DNA of 64,000 bases from Octopus vulgaris (lineage: Eukaryota). Below the pieces are notes generated by a model. The model ran no database searches. It was given only the letters and a program-made list of their open reading frames with translations, and was not told where the DNA came from. The first letter of the stretch is position 1, and every line of letters begins with the position of its first letter. This document shows positions 12,867-26,834 of this stretch, one piece after another. The stretch is from assembly GCA_951406725.2 (NCBI GenBank), contig OX597833.1, positions 25,048,001-25,112,000 of the forward strand, read 5' to 3'. Made by a program: the position numbers and the translations under genes.

Positions 12867-13306
12867 ATGTGTGTGTGTGTGTGTGCGCGCGTGCGTGCGT
12901 GTGTGTGTGTCTGTGGGTATTACTGAAGCTATATTATGTAAAACTGTAGCGAAAAAGAGAGAGTGTGGCCAAAAATAGAGAAAGAAAGACAAATATAAAT
13001 ATAGGTAAAAATATAAATACACAGAAATTATGCATACACCGGACTATATTTCTTATCTGCAATATTTCTCTGCAGACGTTACACATTATATATTTAAATA
13101 AAAATGCAGTATTCTTTAGTTAATGATATCTTAGCATGAAGCTGAATTGCTGAATAGAATATATTTATGACTATTGACGACGGGTGAAGGAAATAAAAAT
13201 TGCTCATTCACGTGGCGATAGACACACAAAAACACTCACACGCACAAAACACGTACCCCTACTCTGTCACACACACAAACACACACACACACGCACACAC
13301 ACACGC

Positions 13307-13355
<49 letters not shown>

Positions 13356-13706
13356 GGCGCAGGTGTGGCTGTGTGGTAAGTAGCTTGTTTCTCAACCTCA
13401 TGGTTCCGGGTTCACTACCACTGCGGGGCACCTTGGGCAAGTGTCTTGTACTATAGCCTCGGACCGACCAAAGCCTTGAGTGTGTGTGTGTGTATGTGTG
13501 CGTATGTGTTTGTTCCCCAAACATCGCTTGAAAACTGAATGCTGGTGTGTTTACCTTCCCGTAAGCTAGCGGTTCGGCAAAAGAACCGATAGAACAAGTA
13601 CTAGATTTACAAAGAATAACTCTTGGGGTCGATTTGCTCGACTAAAGGCGGTGATCCAACATGGCCGCAGTCAAATGACTGAAACTAGTAAAAGAATAAT
13701 AGAATA
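13356..13706 (+). mobile_element. tRNA-derived SINE family A
   Basis: A-box tggctgtgtggta, B-box-like ggttcactacc, caccttgggcaagtgtct core, internal TG tract, 3' gactgaaac..taaaagaata tail. Confidence 0.9.
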
Positions 13707-13708
13707 CA

Positions 13709-13775
<67 letters not shown>

Positions 13776-14182
13776 GGTGTCAGTCATACGAACAAAAATT
13801 AAAGAATTCAATAAATATTAGGTATAAAATATTTTACGAAAAACAGAGACATTGAACTTAACTGTTCGCTGACAAGCTAATAGTTTCTTGAAGAATTCAT
13901 ATGAGCAGTTTCACAGCAGACCAATACTGAAGTGTGTTTTTAAAATCGAAAACTTTGCTCTGCGGATCTACTTAGAATGTCAGCGAATAGTTAGATGTAT
14001 GTATTCTTCTAACATTACACCCACAACACACACACATTCACACACATATTCAAACACATACACGAACATTCCCCCACACACGCAGGCACGCACGCACGCG
14101 GGCACGCACGCACGCGGGCACGCACGCACGCAGGCGCGCAAGCAGTACACGCACGCATGCACATACGCACACACAGGCACAG

Positions 14183-14213
<31 letters not shown>

Positions 14214-14389
14214 TGTATACTCACACGCATTCGCACGCGCACGCATACACATGCACACAGACACAGAAATTCAGGCAACCGAAGTTTCGGGCTTTAATAA
14301 CTATCAATGAATGTGATAAGATATGAAAATTATACATCATTATTTCTTTCAGACTAAATAAATTCAGATTTATAAATTAGATAATTGCT

Positions 14390-14579
14390 ACAGGTCGAAA
14401 TATAATCATAATCCTCTCCCAAAGGCTATAGCAAAAGCGCTTAAACTTAACCGAACAATACAATGGAAAATTGGCAAGAAATTTCGGGAAACTGGTTCCA
14501 CCACGGATCGGCCTGGACGTGGCCGAAAAAGAAGTGTGCGATCCCCCAGATTATCAAAAGAACTAGAGAAAAGATACGG

Positions 14580-14580
<1 letters not shown>
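14390..14580 (+). pseudogene. Tc1/mariner transposase N-terminal HTH fragment
   Basis: Translates (with a frameshift) as AIAKALKLNRTIQWKIGKKFRETGSTTDRPGRGRKRSVRSP..IIKRTREKIR, typical of the HTH plus GRPR-like linker; truncated by (TG)n. Confidence 0.75.
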
Positions 14581-14655
<75 letters not shown>

Positions 14656-15346
14656 AACGCATGTGTTCACATGTATATGTATGTGTCATTCTCTCACACA
14701 TGTCCATTTCATTTACACGTTCATACACCTTTCTCTTTTTCTCTCTGTCACTTTAAAACAAAAGTAAATAAATAAATGTATTTTACGGAAATTAGTGAAC
14801 AAAACCAGCTGATCCGGATGATCGTTTCGAGAGTCAAAACAACAGTTGTGAGAGTCAAGGCGAAAGATCGTCCCAAAGGAATACAATTGCAAAATTGTTT
14901 TGGAGTGTATTCAACGTATCTCAGAAACAAAGATTTGGCTGCTATTTCTACCACGCCCTACTATCATCTAAAAGCTATTTCCGACAAAGGACCGGAAACA
15001 CCTATTATATGTTAGCAGGGCGTGCAAGAAAGAGCAGCCAAATCTTTGCTCTTCCAGGTAAAGGAGCCGTTTACGCGCAAGCATGTAAAATAACCTATAA
15101 AAGAAAAAAAACATGAAACAAAACTCCGTTGCTGGGAAACCCAGACCTTTCGGGTCAGCGTGGGTCAAAACTCACGCACCAACCTCATTATATTGCGTTG
15201 TGATTTCTCATTTTGTTCATTATGTCCAAGTACGTGTCTATTCGTCTTTCCTTTATTTTATTCAACTTTAGAAAACCTGAAGCAAGTGTTTCACAATCTA
15301 GGAGCGTAGCGGACTTATTTTGTGGTCCTACCCAGCAAATATGTAT

Positions 15347-15407
<61 letters not shown>

Positions 15408-15559
15408 AAACATATACATATATATGTGTGTGTGTGTATGTATATATACATATATACATACAGACATACATTTATACACACACATGTATGTACCCAGTAT
15501 CTGTGTGTTTATGTATGTATATACACAAGCAAACACACTGAGCATATAATGTGGATATA

Positions 15560-15742
15560 ATCTATATATATAAAAGTGAGAACGAGTGTCTGTCTGTCTG
15601 TATGTGTGCATCACTAAAATTTGAGATCTATCCAACTAATTTCTTTCAAATTTTACAGATGTCTTACTTAGGGTCCATGCAGTGTCATAGGCCAAGCAAA
15701 ACTTCAGCTTCTTCACTAATGCGAGTCAAGAGCTATCTCTTA

Positions 15743-15750
<8 letters not shown>
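15560..15750 (+). mobile_element. Non-autonomous Helitron/Helentron (DINE-like) fragment
   Basis: 5' TCTATATATATAAAA, (CTGT)n, tttcttcaaattttac-like core; its last ~45 bp recur at 17483-17526. Confidence 0.55.
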
Positions 15751-15809
<59 letters not shown>

Positions 15810-15932
15810 TATATATGTTTACACATATATGTATGTATATATATATTATATATGTAGTTATGCATGTATATATGCGTTTATATATATATGTGTGTGTATA
15901 TATATATATATAGGTATATGTACGTATATGTA

Positions 15933-16112
15933 GGCGCGAGCGTGGCTGTGTGCTAAGGAGCTTACTTCATAACCACATGCTTCCAAGTTCAGTCCCACTG
16001 CGTGGCACCTTGGGCAAGTGTCTTCTAGTATAGCATTCGGCCGACCAAACCATGTCAGTGGATTTGCTTGACGGAAACTGAAAGAAGTCAGTCCTATATA
16101 TATACGTATATA

Positions 16113-16167
<55 letters not shown>

Positions 16168-16172
16168 AAGAG

Positions 16173-16240
<68 letters not shown>

Positions 16241-16460
16241 TACATATACATGTGTGTGTGTGTGTTTGTGTGTTTTCCCCCCTAACGACAATCGCTTTGA
16301 GACTGATGTTGTGTTTACATCCCCGTAATGTAGAGGTTCGGCAAAAAATATCGATAGACTAATCACCAGGCTTACGAAGAATAAGTCCGGGGGTCAGTTT
16401 GTTCGACCAACGGTGGTGCTCCAGCATGTCACGTGACTGAAGCAAGTAAAACAGTAATAA
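15933..16460 (+). mobile_element. tRNA-derived SINE family A with expanded internal TA/TG tract
   Basis: ggcgcgagcgtggctgtgtg..gttcagtcccactgcgtggcaccttgggcaag...; 3' half through gactgaagcaagtaaaa. Confidence 0.9.
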
Positions 16461-17351
16461 AAAATCTATGCCATTTTAATCCAGAACAAGGCAGGGTATT
16501 TCTGCTAGTTATGACTAAAAAGAATGGACAATAGAAAATGAAATCATATTATCCACCCATCGATGAAACTATATATACATGCATAACACACAGATATAAA
16601 CACTCATATATATTTATTGCAGACAAAATGATTCGTTTTCAGGAATCCCAGCTGTAAAATAAGTGACGTGTTGCCAGCAGCAACAAAAAGCAAAATACGT
16701 AAAAGAATATATAATGGAAGAAAAAGAGGTGAAAATGTCGATAAGCCTGTTACGCTTAATCGGTTATTTCCAATAATTCGAAGCCTTTTGCTGCGAAAGG
16801 AAAATGATAAACCAGTCACAGCAATTATGGCTGTTACTATTTGAAGAAGATGGTCGATTCCCTAATCACCGAGTTTTGTTGCTGACGATGAAGCGATTTT
16901 ATTCGTTCAATATTTCCCAAAGTATTCCTTGCAGTTACCTCAAGGACACTGATATTAGATGCCGGTCGAATCTAAGCTGTAACTCAGCTCTTTCTAAGTG
17001 ACTAACTGTGTTAATTACTCACAAATTACGTCTATAAAATATGTTAAAATGCGTAATTTCTTTTCCATCCAATACAAAACTATTTGGCCTTAGAATGTTT
17101 CGAAGCAACTTGTTAGAAAGATGAACTCAAAATAACTTCTTTTCTCCAACAAGCAATCCTGAACAATTGATATCCGTACACGAATATATATACTTGCGAA
17201 ACCGTTCAGAACAATCAACGACCATGACAAAAACAACAGCAATAATAATATGACAACTTTTTTTTGCCGTAAATCTAATAATTCGACTCCAGCACACGAT
17301 GATTTTACTACAAAATAGGTGAATGTATATAGGTACATGTATATATATATA

Positions 17352-17470
17352 GGCGCGGGCATGACTGTGTGCGAAGAAGCTTGCTTCACAACCACGTGGT
17401 TCCGAGTTCAGTCCCACCTGCGTGGCATCTTTAGCAAGTATCTTCTACTATAGCAGTCAGCCGACCAAAC
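17352..17470 (+). mobile_element. 5' half of SINE family A
   Basis: ggcgcgggcatgactgtgtg..gttcagtcccac..gccgaccaaa. Confidence 0.8.
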
Positions 17471-17523
17471 CAAACCAAACCAGCTTGTTCACTAATGCGA
17501 GTCCGGAGCAATCTCTTATCTCT

Positions 17524-17594
<71 letters not shown>

Positions 17595-18642
17595 TATTAT
17601 AAAAGGCAGATTTTATCTGCCTCCCTTTGGGAGTTATACAAATCTACAATATAGGATTTCTTCAATTACAATTTACCTAGCATTTTTAAGAGTACAATGC
17701 ATCGCGTCATGCCAGGTCCAGTTTTTAAAATTTAAACTCCAATTAAGCAAAATTTACAGAAAACTCACATTCTGGTGTGTGTGTCAAATGCTTTTCTTAG
17801 TCTGGTTTACACCACACGCAAACGCACACACACAGTGTGCAACGAATAAAGTGAAACTAGATGTAATATTTGTTTCTGTCTATCACGCTGATAGATACAT
17901 GAGTAAAATGTATGGGAAGCTAACACATAAGAGTGAGTGAAAATGTTCTTGGAAGAGAGTAAATAGCGACAGAGAGTGATTTGAGGAGGACTTTACATTA
18001 AATAACCGTAGTGGCTTGTGTTAGTAATAAAGTAAACATACACTCATACATACATACATACATACATACATACATACATACATACACATACATACACACA
18101 CACACATACATACACACACACATACACACATACATACATACATACATACATATACATACATACATACATATACATACATACACACACACACACACATACA
18201 CATACACACACAGTATTGAAGCTTGAGAACAATCAGATACATTTGCAACACATCTGTTGAAAATATTATTGTTCACACACATACATATACATATATACAT
18301 ACAGACAGACAGAGAGATAGACACACACACACACACACACATGATCCAGCATGGCCACAACGTCAAGGCTGAAACATATAAAAGAATAACAGAATATAAA
18401 TGTGTGCATGTGTGTGAGAGAGAGAGAGTGTGTGTGTATATGTATGTATGTATGTATGTATGTATATATATATAATAATGTGGTTTTTTCAACAGCTTCA
18501 ACTAAAAGTCAGAGGGGAATGGGATAAACCACTTATATTAACTTGCTATAAAAGCAGGTAGTAATTTTATCTTGTCCTTATTCATACTGCAAGTTTTGAA
18601 GAGTGCATTTCGATTTTAACAGCTATTTTTTTCAAAGCTATA

Positions 18643-19068
18643 TTGGAAGTAACAAAGGAGCATATTTGGCATATTTTGCTTTATGAGTTCAATAAAGACA
18701 ACAACGCAACGGAAAGTACAAGAAATATTAATGCAGTATATGGGGATTGGACAATAAGCGTAAGGCAGTGTCAATGGTGGTTCCAGAAATTCCGAGCCAT
18801 AAACTACAGCCTAGAAGACGAGCATCATCCTGAAAGATCTGTAGAACTCGACAAGGACATCCTGAAAACCCTGGTGGAACAAAATCTCATCGTAACTGTT
18901 GAGGAACTAGCAGAGAAGCTTGGATTTGGTCATTCAACCATTCATTGACACCTGTGTGCTATCGGAAAAGTTAGCAAATTGGGTCAATGGGTTCCTCACG
19001 AACTTTCCGAGTCTAATTGCATGCAGAGAGTGAATGTATGCTTTTCTTTGCTGTCACATCTCACCACT
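18643..19068 (+). pseudogene. Mariner transposase, N-terminal half (HTH plus WVPHEL), inactivated and truncated
   Basis: EHIWHILLYEF..INAVYG..QWWFQKFR..SLEDE..EELAEKLG..STIH*HL.AIGKVSKLGQWVPHELS; in-frame stop; no catalytic domain; tataaaag near 18547. Confidence 0.92.
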
Positions 19069-19083
19069 ACTGCGCTATGTATA

Positions 19084-19720
19084 TCTATATATATAAAACT
19101 GTAGTTGTGTGAGTGTCTGTCCCCTTCGATTTAGATTCCTAACTACTCCCACATTTTGCGGTGCAGTTTAACCAAATTCGGGTAACTTATAGTCGTGATT
19201 CATATCGAGCCCGTCTGAGTATTAGCGCGCGTCTACGATGAGTCTACGATTTTAAAAATAATTTAACATAATTTTTTATTCCATTTTAATGCATAATTTT
19301 TTCGTGTGTCGATGGCGGCGGAGTTGGCGTCCACGCTCACACCTGCACCTGTGGGGAAGGGAGTGTAAGGAAATCAACGTCGTAATGCGTTGTAAAGGAG
19401 ACCAGCGTTCTTTTAGAACAACGACTTCATGGCTTGAAGACACCAAAACAGAAATGGCTAAGAAAGCGTCTACATGAGTCTACGATTTAAAAAAAATTTA
19501 CCATCGTTTTTTTTCCATTTTAATGCATTTTTTCGCTATTATATAAGGGAAGTAACTCTCTAAAAATGTCTACGATGAGTCAACGATTTAAAAAAAAATT
19601 TACCATCATATTATTTCCATTTTTAATGCATTTTTGGCTATTTTTTGGCTATAACTCTCTAAAAATGCTTATATAGTTATTTCCCTTACAAACCCGAGCA
19701 ACGCCGGGCGATACTGCTAG
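19084..19720 (+). mobile_element. Non-autonomous Helitron
   Basis: 5' TC, 3' hairpin cccgagcaacgccggg plus CTAG, inserted between A and T; three internal gtctac..gagtc.acgattt..catttt..atgca subrepeats. Confidence 0.85.
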
Positions 19721-19834
19721 TATATATATAAAAATAATGAGGGAGATAAATTAATATTAATTTTAATATCAATTTAAAACCAGTAGTCCAGCATACAAAC
19801 ATCTGAGGAGTCAGAGAAAATTCTAATATATGTG

Positions 19835-20178
19835 TATATTGGCAGGGCTTACTGCTAGGGAGTCGGCCGTATGATAGAAATAGACCATCAACGGTCTGTA
19901 CTGGCACGAAAGCTGGGGTTAGTTTTTCCGTTTACATTACAATGAACGGATGCACTGAAGAAGCACGGACATGTGGATTGCGTAAGTAATTCTCTTGTTA
20001 AGGCTGAAACCGAGGTATGCATTTAATTCTGTTTTTAAATATAAATTTTCATCTGTCATGCCCGCCAAAGTTGGTTCTGGTGTTCGCTGTATTTTTCCTC
20101 TAGAGAATTTCCTTGTAGTTTGACCGTTGATGGTCTATTTCTAGCATACGGCCGACACCCTAGCAGTAAGCCCTGCCA

Positions 20179-20183
<5 letters not shown>
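19835..20183 (+). mobile_element. ~350-bp element with ~62-bp terminal inverted repeats and an internal hammerhead
   Basis: 19835-19896 is the reverse complement of 20122-20183 with about two mismatches; TA-rich flanks. Confidence 0.85.
19950..20022 (+). ncRNA. Type-I hammerhead ribozyme motif with canonical core
   Basis: ATGCA-CTGAAGA-AGC...GCT-GAAAC-CGAG-GTA-TGCAT; stem I 5 bp (extendable by G-U), R-Y closing pair in stem II, GUA triplet. Confidence 0.8.
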
Positions 20184-20215
<32 letters not shown>

Positions 20216-20379
20216 ATGATTTTACTACAAAATAGGTGAAATTTAAATAAAAAATATCTTTCATTACATAAAGAGAAGCAGAAGAATTGTAGATACAAGT
20301 GAGAGTATTGCGGCAAATAAGATTACTTACAACAACAATGTTGCAACGGACCAAACATCGGAGATCATATCAACTAAAG

Positions 20380-20616
20380 CAGTGGTTCTCAACCGGGGTC
20401 TTTATAAGATATTGCTGTTAAAATTAATGTGCAATAAATTGGTTATACATCTACAATACACATAATATTTTAATTTTTTAATACAATTCCTAACAATATT
20501 TAAGTATAAGAATACGGTCGGATTTTTTTATGCAGGGCAAATGCGCATGGAGATCCAGTAGAATAGAATAGGAATCAAAGGTATCCATAGGCGAAAGCAA
20601 TGGTTGAGAACCACTG
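20380..20616. mobile_element. hAT-type MITE
   Basis: Perfect 15-bp TIR CAGTGGTTCTCAACC/GGTTGAGAACCACTG; 8-bp TSD aactaaag/gattaaag (6/8). Confidence 0.88.
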
Positions 20617-20699
20617 GATTAAAGAAATAGCCCAACCGCAAAAGACAACTGGGAATTATCAGGGAATAATATATTCTGGAACTTGTGGCTGAAATATTT

Positions 20700-22260
20700 A
20701 AGTAACTCACAATGAAAATCTCAAATGATGAGGGAAAAACATCTTATGGAAAAGACAGTAAAAAAACAAAAAACAAAAAAAAACTACAAGCCCATAACCT
20801 ACCTTAGTACAACTTACAAATCTAAATATAATGATATCTACATGGGAGAAAAGAAATCATTAATAGCTGCAAAGACTCATATGGCTCTATAGAGCACTTA
20901 TTGATTGAAAGGACCTTAATCAATACTGTAAAGACAGATTCAAAATATGGTATTTAGTGATTATCAGAGATTTTGAGAGTAATCTGACACACATAAATTC
21001 GGGAAATATTAACTATGGGAAAGGTCACTCTAATAATAAACAGACAAAAGAAAGGGACGTTAAGAGAACCCCATTTTAATTAGAAAATCTACCCTCCACA
21101 CAGACTTTGGTTCCAATTCTTTTTATGCTTGGCGTTAATACTTTAATTAGCTCGATTATAAATGCTACGAGAGGACAATCAACCGTCTTTTGGACACGGA
21201 TTACCTCATACCCTACGCTGTAAATGATAAACAACATGAAACATTATTGCTGTTACTAAAGATACTGATATGTTAATCACGAAGAAGGGAAAATTAAAAC
21301 CCATAATATCGTATTAGAGACAAAACAATTAAGAGCGTTAGACCAAACACAAACGAATATTGAAAAAATTAATATAGACAAATGTAAATTTAACACATTT
21401 TAGCACATTAAAGTGATACTCAAACCCCAACCTCACGAAAAAGGCAGGTAGTAAAGAAGGTAATAGTTATTAATATACTAGAAATCTCAGGTAAAATGTA
21501 TAATTATCATATTCTCAACAAAATGCAGAGTAAATTACCATGATTAAACTAGAAGAGACAAAACTTACACTATCCAAAATCTAACGCAGAAAAATTATAC
21601 TTACCATGAAGACAAGGGTGTAATTTCTACTGTGAGAAAACTATCATAAAATATCTACAGTAAACTAATAAAATATATATAAACGGCAGTTTGTCTGTCG
21701 TTTTCTGTGTGTCTGTTTTCTGTATTTCAACCGATATGAAACTACACACATAGCCAATGTCATAATTCAAAACTAACGCAGCGAAAATTTTGAAAAGTTC
21801 CCCCAGTTCTGAAAAAATCGATAAATTCGACATGGGGTCGAGAATCAAAAAAAACAAACCACAGACTGTCTAGGGGAGGCAACTCCACCTTTTTTAACTC
21901 TCAAAAAAATTTACCATCATTTTTTTTTTCATTTTTTTGCTATTTTTTGGCTATAACTCACTAAAAATGCTTTATAGTTATTTCCCTTACAAAACTGAGC
22001 AACGCCGGGCGATACTGCTAGTTATACATAATAATGAAAAATTAATATAGATAGTGACAAACGCTAGATAATCCCAGAATTATTACTTGAAGGAAACTGA
22101 GCATAATAGCAAAAAGCTGCAAAAAGAAGGATGAAAGAAGAAAAAAGGTGTGGCAAAACTTCAAACTATTTGAAGAATGGAATTATAGAATGTCATGCAA
22201 AGGTGACAGAAAGAAAAGCCTTAATATGGCCAGTTCCAGAAACAAAGTGAACAGTATTGG
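20700..22260 (+). pseudogene. Highly degenerate R4/Dong-like LINE RT remnant, interrupted by a Helitron
   Basis: Remnants DFGSN/LFMLG (DSLSPLLFCL-like) and INRLLDTDYLIPYA (INHLLYMDDLKLYA-like). Confidence 0.5.
21665..22021 (+). mobile_element. Non-autonomous Helitron
   Basis: tatataaacggcagtttgtctgtc 5' region; 3' gagcaacgccgggcgatactgCTAG|t; homologous to 43772-44151. Confidence 0.85.
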
Positions 22261-23021
22261 ATACCAGTTGGAGGACGATTTGAGCTGATTAAAGTGTCTT
22301 TACCATTTTGACTCAAACGAGAGGTTTTCTTCATGACAAACAGTAATGAGAAACTTCTTGCGCGTTTAAATATCTCTCAAAATATATTTCAAATTATATC
22401 CATTTTCGTTTATTTTCAGTCAGTCCTTCGCGCAACTTCTCACGAATTTACTACGACCTGTGCACTCCGCTATGCACTCTTCACTTAGATAAACCTAGCC
22501 AAGACAAAACGACATTCTGTTGCGGAATGACATCAGTTTACTCCCATCACACACACACACAAAATATGCATGTAGCGAAACAAAACCATTAATTAACTGC
22601 AGGATATATAGTTGCTGGAAAGCAACAATAAACCAAATTTCTAGCTGCCTGGTTTCAAGTAACAGGGAAATTATCTAGAGGGACGACAGATTTGGAGCAT
22701 TTACAAACTGGAAATTGCATGAGAGTTATGAAATACTAAAAGAAACGAGATGGTATGAATATCTGCAGAAAAGATCTCATAGAAGGAAGCAGGAATTTCA
22801 CTCTAGGGGAAACTAATCCTATTGGATACGCTGCCAAGAACAACAACGAAACGAAATGACTCGCAACAGAATTATCAGTCTGAACAGATAACATATCAGA
22901 ATTTCTAATTATTAAATATTGCATAACAGATAACAAGAATATGGTAACAGAGCATGCAGAAAATGACAAGCACTAGATACTTATACTCGTAAAACCTCAA
23001 AAATGAGCAGAAAAAATAAGC

Positions 23022-23212
23022 TGCTCTTTTACTTGTTTCAGGCATTTGGCTGTGGCCATGCTGGAGCACCGCCTTTAGTCGAGCAAATCGAACCCAGGAC
23101 TTATTCTTTGTAAGCCTAGTACTTATTCTATCGGTCTTTTTTTGCCGAACTGCTAAGTTACGGGAACGTTAAACACACCGGCATCGGTTGTCAAGCGATG
23201 TTGGGGGGACAA
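23022..23212 (-). mobile_element. 3' half of SINE family A
   Basis: Reverse complement of 32620-32810. Confidence 0.9.
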
Positions 23213-23217
23213 CTCGC

Positions 23218-23218
<1 letters not shown>

Positions 23219-23286
<68 letters not shown>

Positions 23287-23303
23287 GTAATAATAATAAT
23301 AAT
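23219..23303. repeat. (TAA)n microsatellite
   Basis: Visible tandem units. Confidence 0.95.
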
Positions 23304-25558
23304 TCCACTGCTAAAGTTGTAACTGCTCAACTAGCTATCAGGACAACACAGAAAAGGACCAACCATGTTAATAGACCTCCTAAGTGAAAAGTAGAAATAC
23401 AAAAAGAGATCGAATTTCTGCGGGTGGATTTATAATCTCTCGATAAACTTGCTAGAGGAGTAAATGTTAAGACAGAACGAGCTAAAATAAAAAACAAGCA
23501 AAAATATAAAATCAAAGAATAATTGAAACAACTTATACAACTGATAGCTGTTGCGCTATCCTATCCTTTCATAGAGCTTTCTCAGCTTCTTCATTCAATG
23601 AACTTGGATTCCATCCGGTCCTGGGCTCTTCCAATTTGGGAATTTTCTTAACTGCCTTTTTATTACTTCTGTAGTTATAACATTTCTGAAACATTTTATC
23701 ATTTGTGTAGTTATGACATGCCTTCCGGTAATGTGAAAACTAATGCCCGGTGCTTTGGACGGTGAACTCTACAGATACTTGGAAAAATGTGGGCTGTTAC
23801 TCATTGAACAGAAAGGGTGCCGACAAAGGAGCCGGCGAACGAGGGATAAATTAAATATCAGGAACTGCCAAAGAAGACATGCAAACTTGAGCATGGCAAG
23901 GGTTGACTATCGATATGATACCACGCTCTCGGATAAGAACAATGGAAATGTATGGATTATCAGTAAATATGAGTAGCCTTATATGGAATAGTAGGAAATG
24001 CTGGAGGACGGAATTGACAGCAGAGAAGCGAGTACTAGGAGAGGTGAAAATCAAGAGAGGGATCTTCCAGAGGGTAGTGTGCCCCACGATCTGGGAAGAG
24101 GTAAGGGAGAACTAAACTATTTGCTTTTCCTGGACGACCTGAAGCTATTCACAAAAACTAAGGCAAAACTGGACAGCCTAGTCCAGTCTGTGCAGATTTT
24201 CTCCAATGATATTAAGATGGATTCTGGACTCTTAAAATATGTTACGATGGTGATGAGACGAGGAAAACTTTCCAGGAGAGAGGGGACATAGTTGACAAGT
24301 GGTGAAATGATGAAGGCAACTCAACTCCAATACAGCGATAAATACCTGGGAATACACGAAGGAAAAGACAAAAAGAGAATACCTGCGACGAGTGAGAAAA
24401 AATTGGCTTCAAAGCTGAGTGCCAGAAACATAATTTCGGCAATAAACTCATGCGCAGTTGCAGTAGTCCAGTATGGAGCAGGAATCCTGAAGTTGACAGA
24501 GGAATATCTAAAGTAGATGAACAGGAAGTCAAGAACGCTCCAAACGATGCATGGAGCCCATCATCCACGTGCCGACACTGATCCCCTATTCATGAAGAGA
24601 GTAAATAGACTGATAAGTGTGGAAGACTGCGTGAGTATTGTACTCAAGTGCTTAATGACATACCTAGCCCAAAGTAAGGAAACCTTGCTAGTAACAGTCA
24701 GGAACAAGGGAGTATTGAGAGCAGAGAAAAAAGTAAAAGAAAGAAAGAAGTACACAATCAATTCCATGTAGCCACAAGAGAATATGCTGGAAAAAATAGG
24801 TGGGATTGGCTGATGAAAAGAATCCTAAAAAAAGAGACCGAGGGCACTATACTGGCAGCGCAAGATCAAGCTTTGGCTACGAACTGGAGTGTCAACCTTA
24901 GGAATGAGCAAGAATCACCGCTGTACTGCATCTGCAATACAATGGATAAAACAATTGTTCATATAACGAACTAATGTCCTAGACTTGCCCCAAACCATTA
25001 CAAGTTGTGGCGACAAAATCAAGAAGCGAAGGTGTTGCATTGGAAACTAAACGTGATATGAGCACAAACCGCAGAAAGTGAAGGAATCGGAGACTAGCAA
25101 AATCGTCTTGGGTTTCCCAATACAAACAACTCAGATGCTAGAGCTTAACAAACCGGACCTAGTGATGGCGGACAAGGTACATCACATATGCTATATAGTT
25201 GCATGCCCCTTTGACCCACGAATATTCAAGAAGGAAGGCGGAAAGATAGATAAATACAACCCTCTTTATTACGAAATAGCCCGGCTATGGAAAATGACGA
25301 AGGTGAAGATAGTGTTAATTATTATCAGGTCCTTGGGAACAGAATCAAAAAGCATCAAGGGGAATATAAAGGAAATTGGAATAGAGTGCTCAGTAGAACT
25401 GTTACAAAAGGATTGCCTCCTTAACACTGCCAGAACAATCAGAAAGTATTAGATATCTGAAAAGAATGGATAGTATGGTACCGTAGGCTGCAGGTAGGTA
25501 GCTTGCTATGCATGTAAGACTCCAGGAACTCCAACAAAACCTGTGATAGAGAGAAATA
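23304..25558 (+). mobile_element. Decayed R4/Dong-clade non-LTR retrotransposon (RT plus restriction-like endonuclease)
   Basis: EQKGCR, IKRGIFQ, NYLLFLDDLKLF, HGAHHPRAD, AAQDQAL, NKPDLV..ACPFD..KIDKY..EIARLW..SLG; many stops and deletions; (TAA)n on both sides. Confidence 0.9.
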
Positions 25559-25619
25559 ATAAACAACAGCAGCAGCAACAACAAAAACAACAACAACAAC
25601 AACGGTAGTAATAATAATG

Positions 25620-25703
<84 letters not shown>

Positions 25704-25707
<4 letters not shown>

Positions 25708-26151
25708 GATGGGCTACAGCAAATATTCTGCTCAATACCACAGATTTGCTTGTCAGTTGTTTGACCTTAACCAGTTGAGCATGTCCCCTAGTGGCTGATC
25801 ATATGTGCATCTCTGATCACGAGCATCATAGCCATGTGTTGAGAGGGATTCTTTGGGGTTTGAATAATTCACCTCTGGAAACATGGGTGGTTCTTTCAAC
25901 ATCCTTAAACAGCCCTTATTCAGGGACCTTTTGAGCGGGATGGGTTACTCAACCTGAAGAAAATTGTAACTGGGCCCCACATGCAAGGTCATGTGCTGTT
26001 TATCTTGATAAGAGATCACCACGTCGCGCACATATGGTTGTGATGCATGTGCCTGGTGTACCCTTATCAGACGGGTAGTCATGATGGGTATATTGGGTTT
26101 CGTATATTTTACCCCAGTGTCACTTTGATGGCATGAACTGCTCTCTCACTC
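25704..26151. mobile_element. (AAT)n-embedded non-coding repeat family T, copy 1
   Basis: Highly similar to 46063-47181 and 54970-55365; all end ctctcactc-aataa; flanked by (AAT)n. Confidence 0.85.
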
Positions 26152-26833
<682 letters not shown>

Positions 26834-26834
26834 A

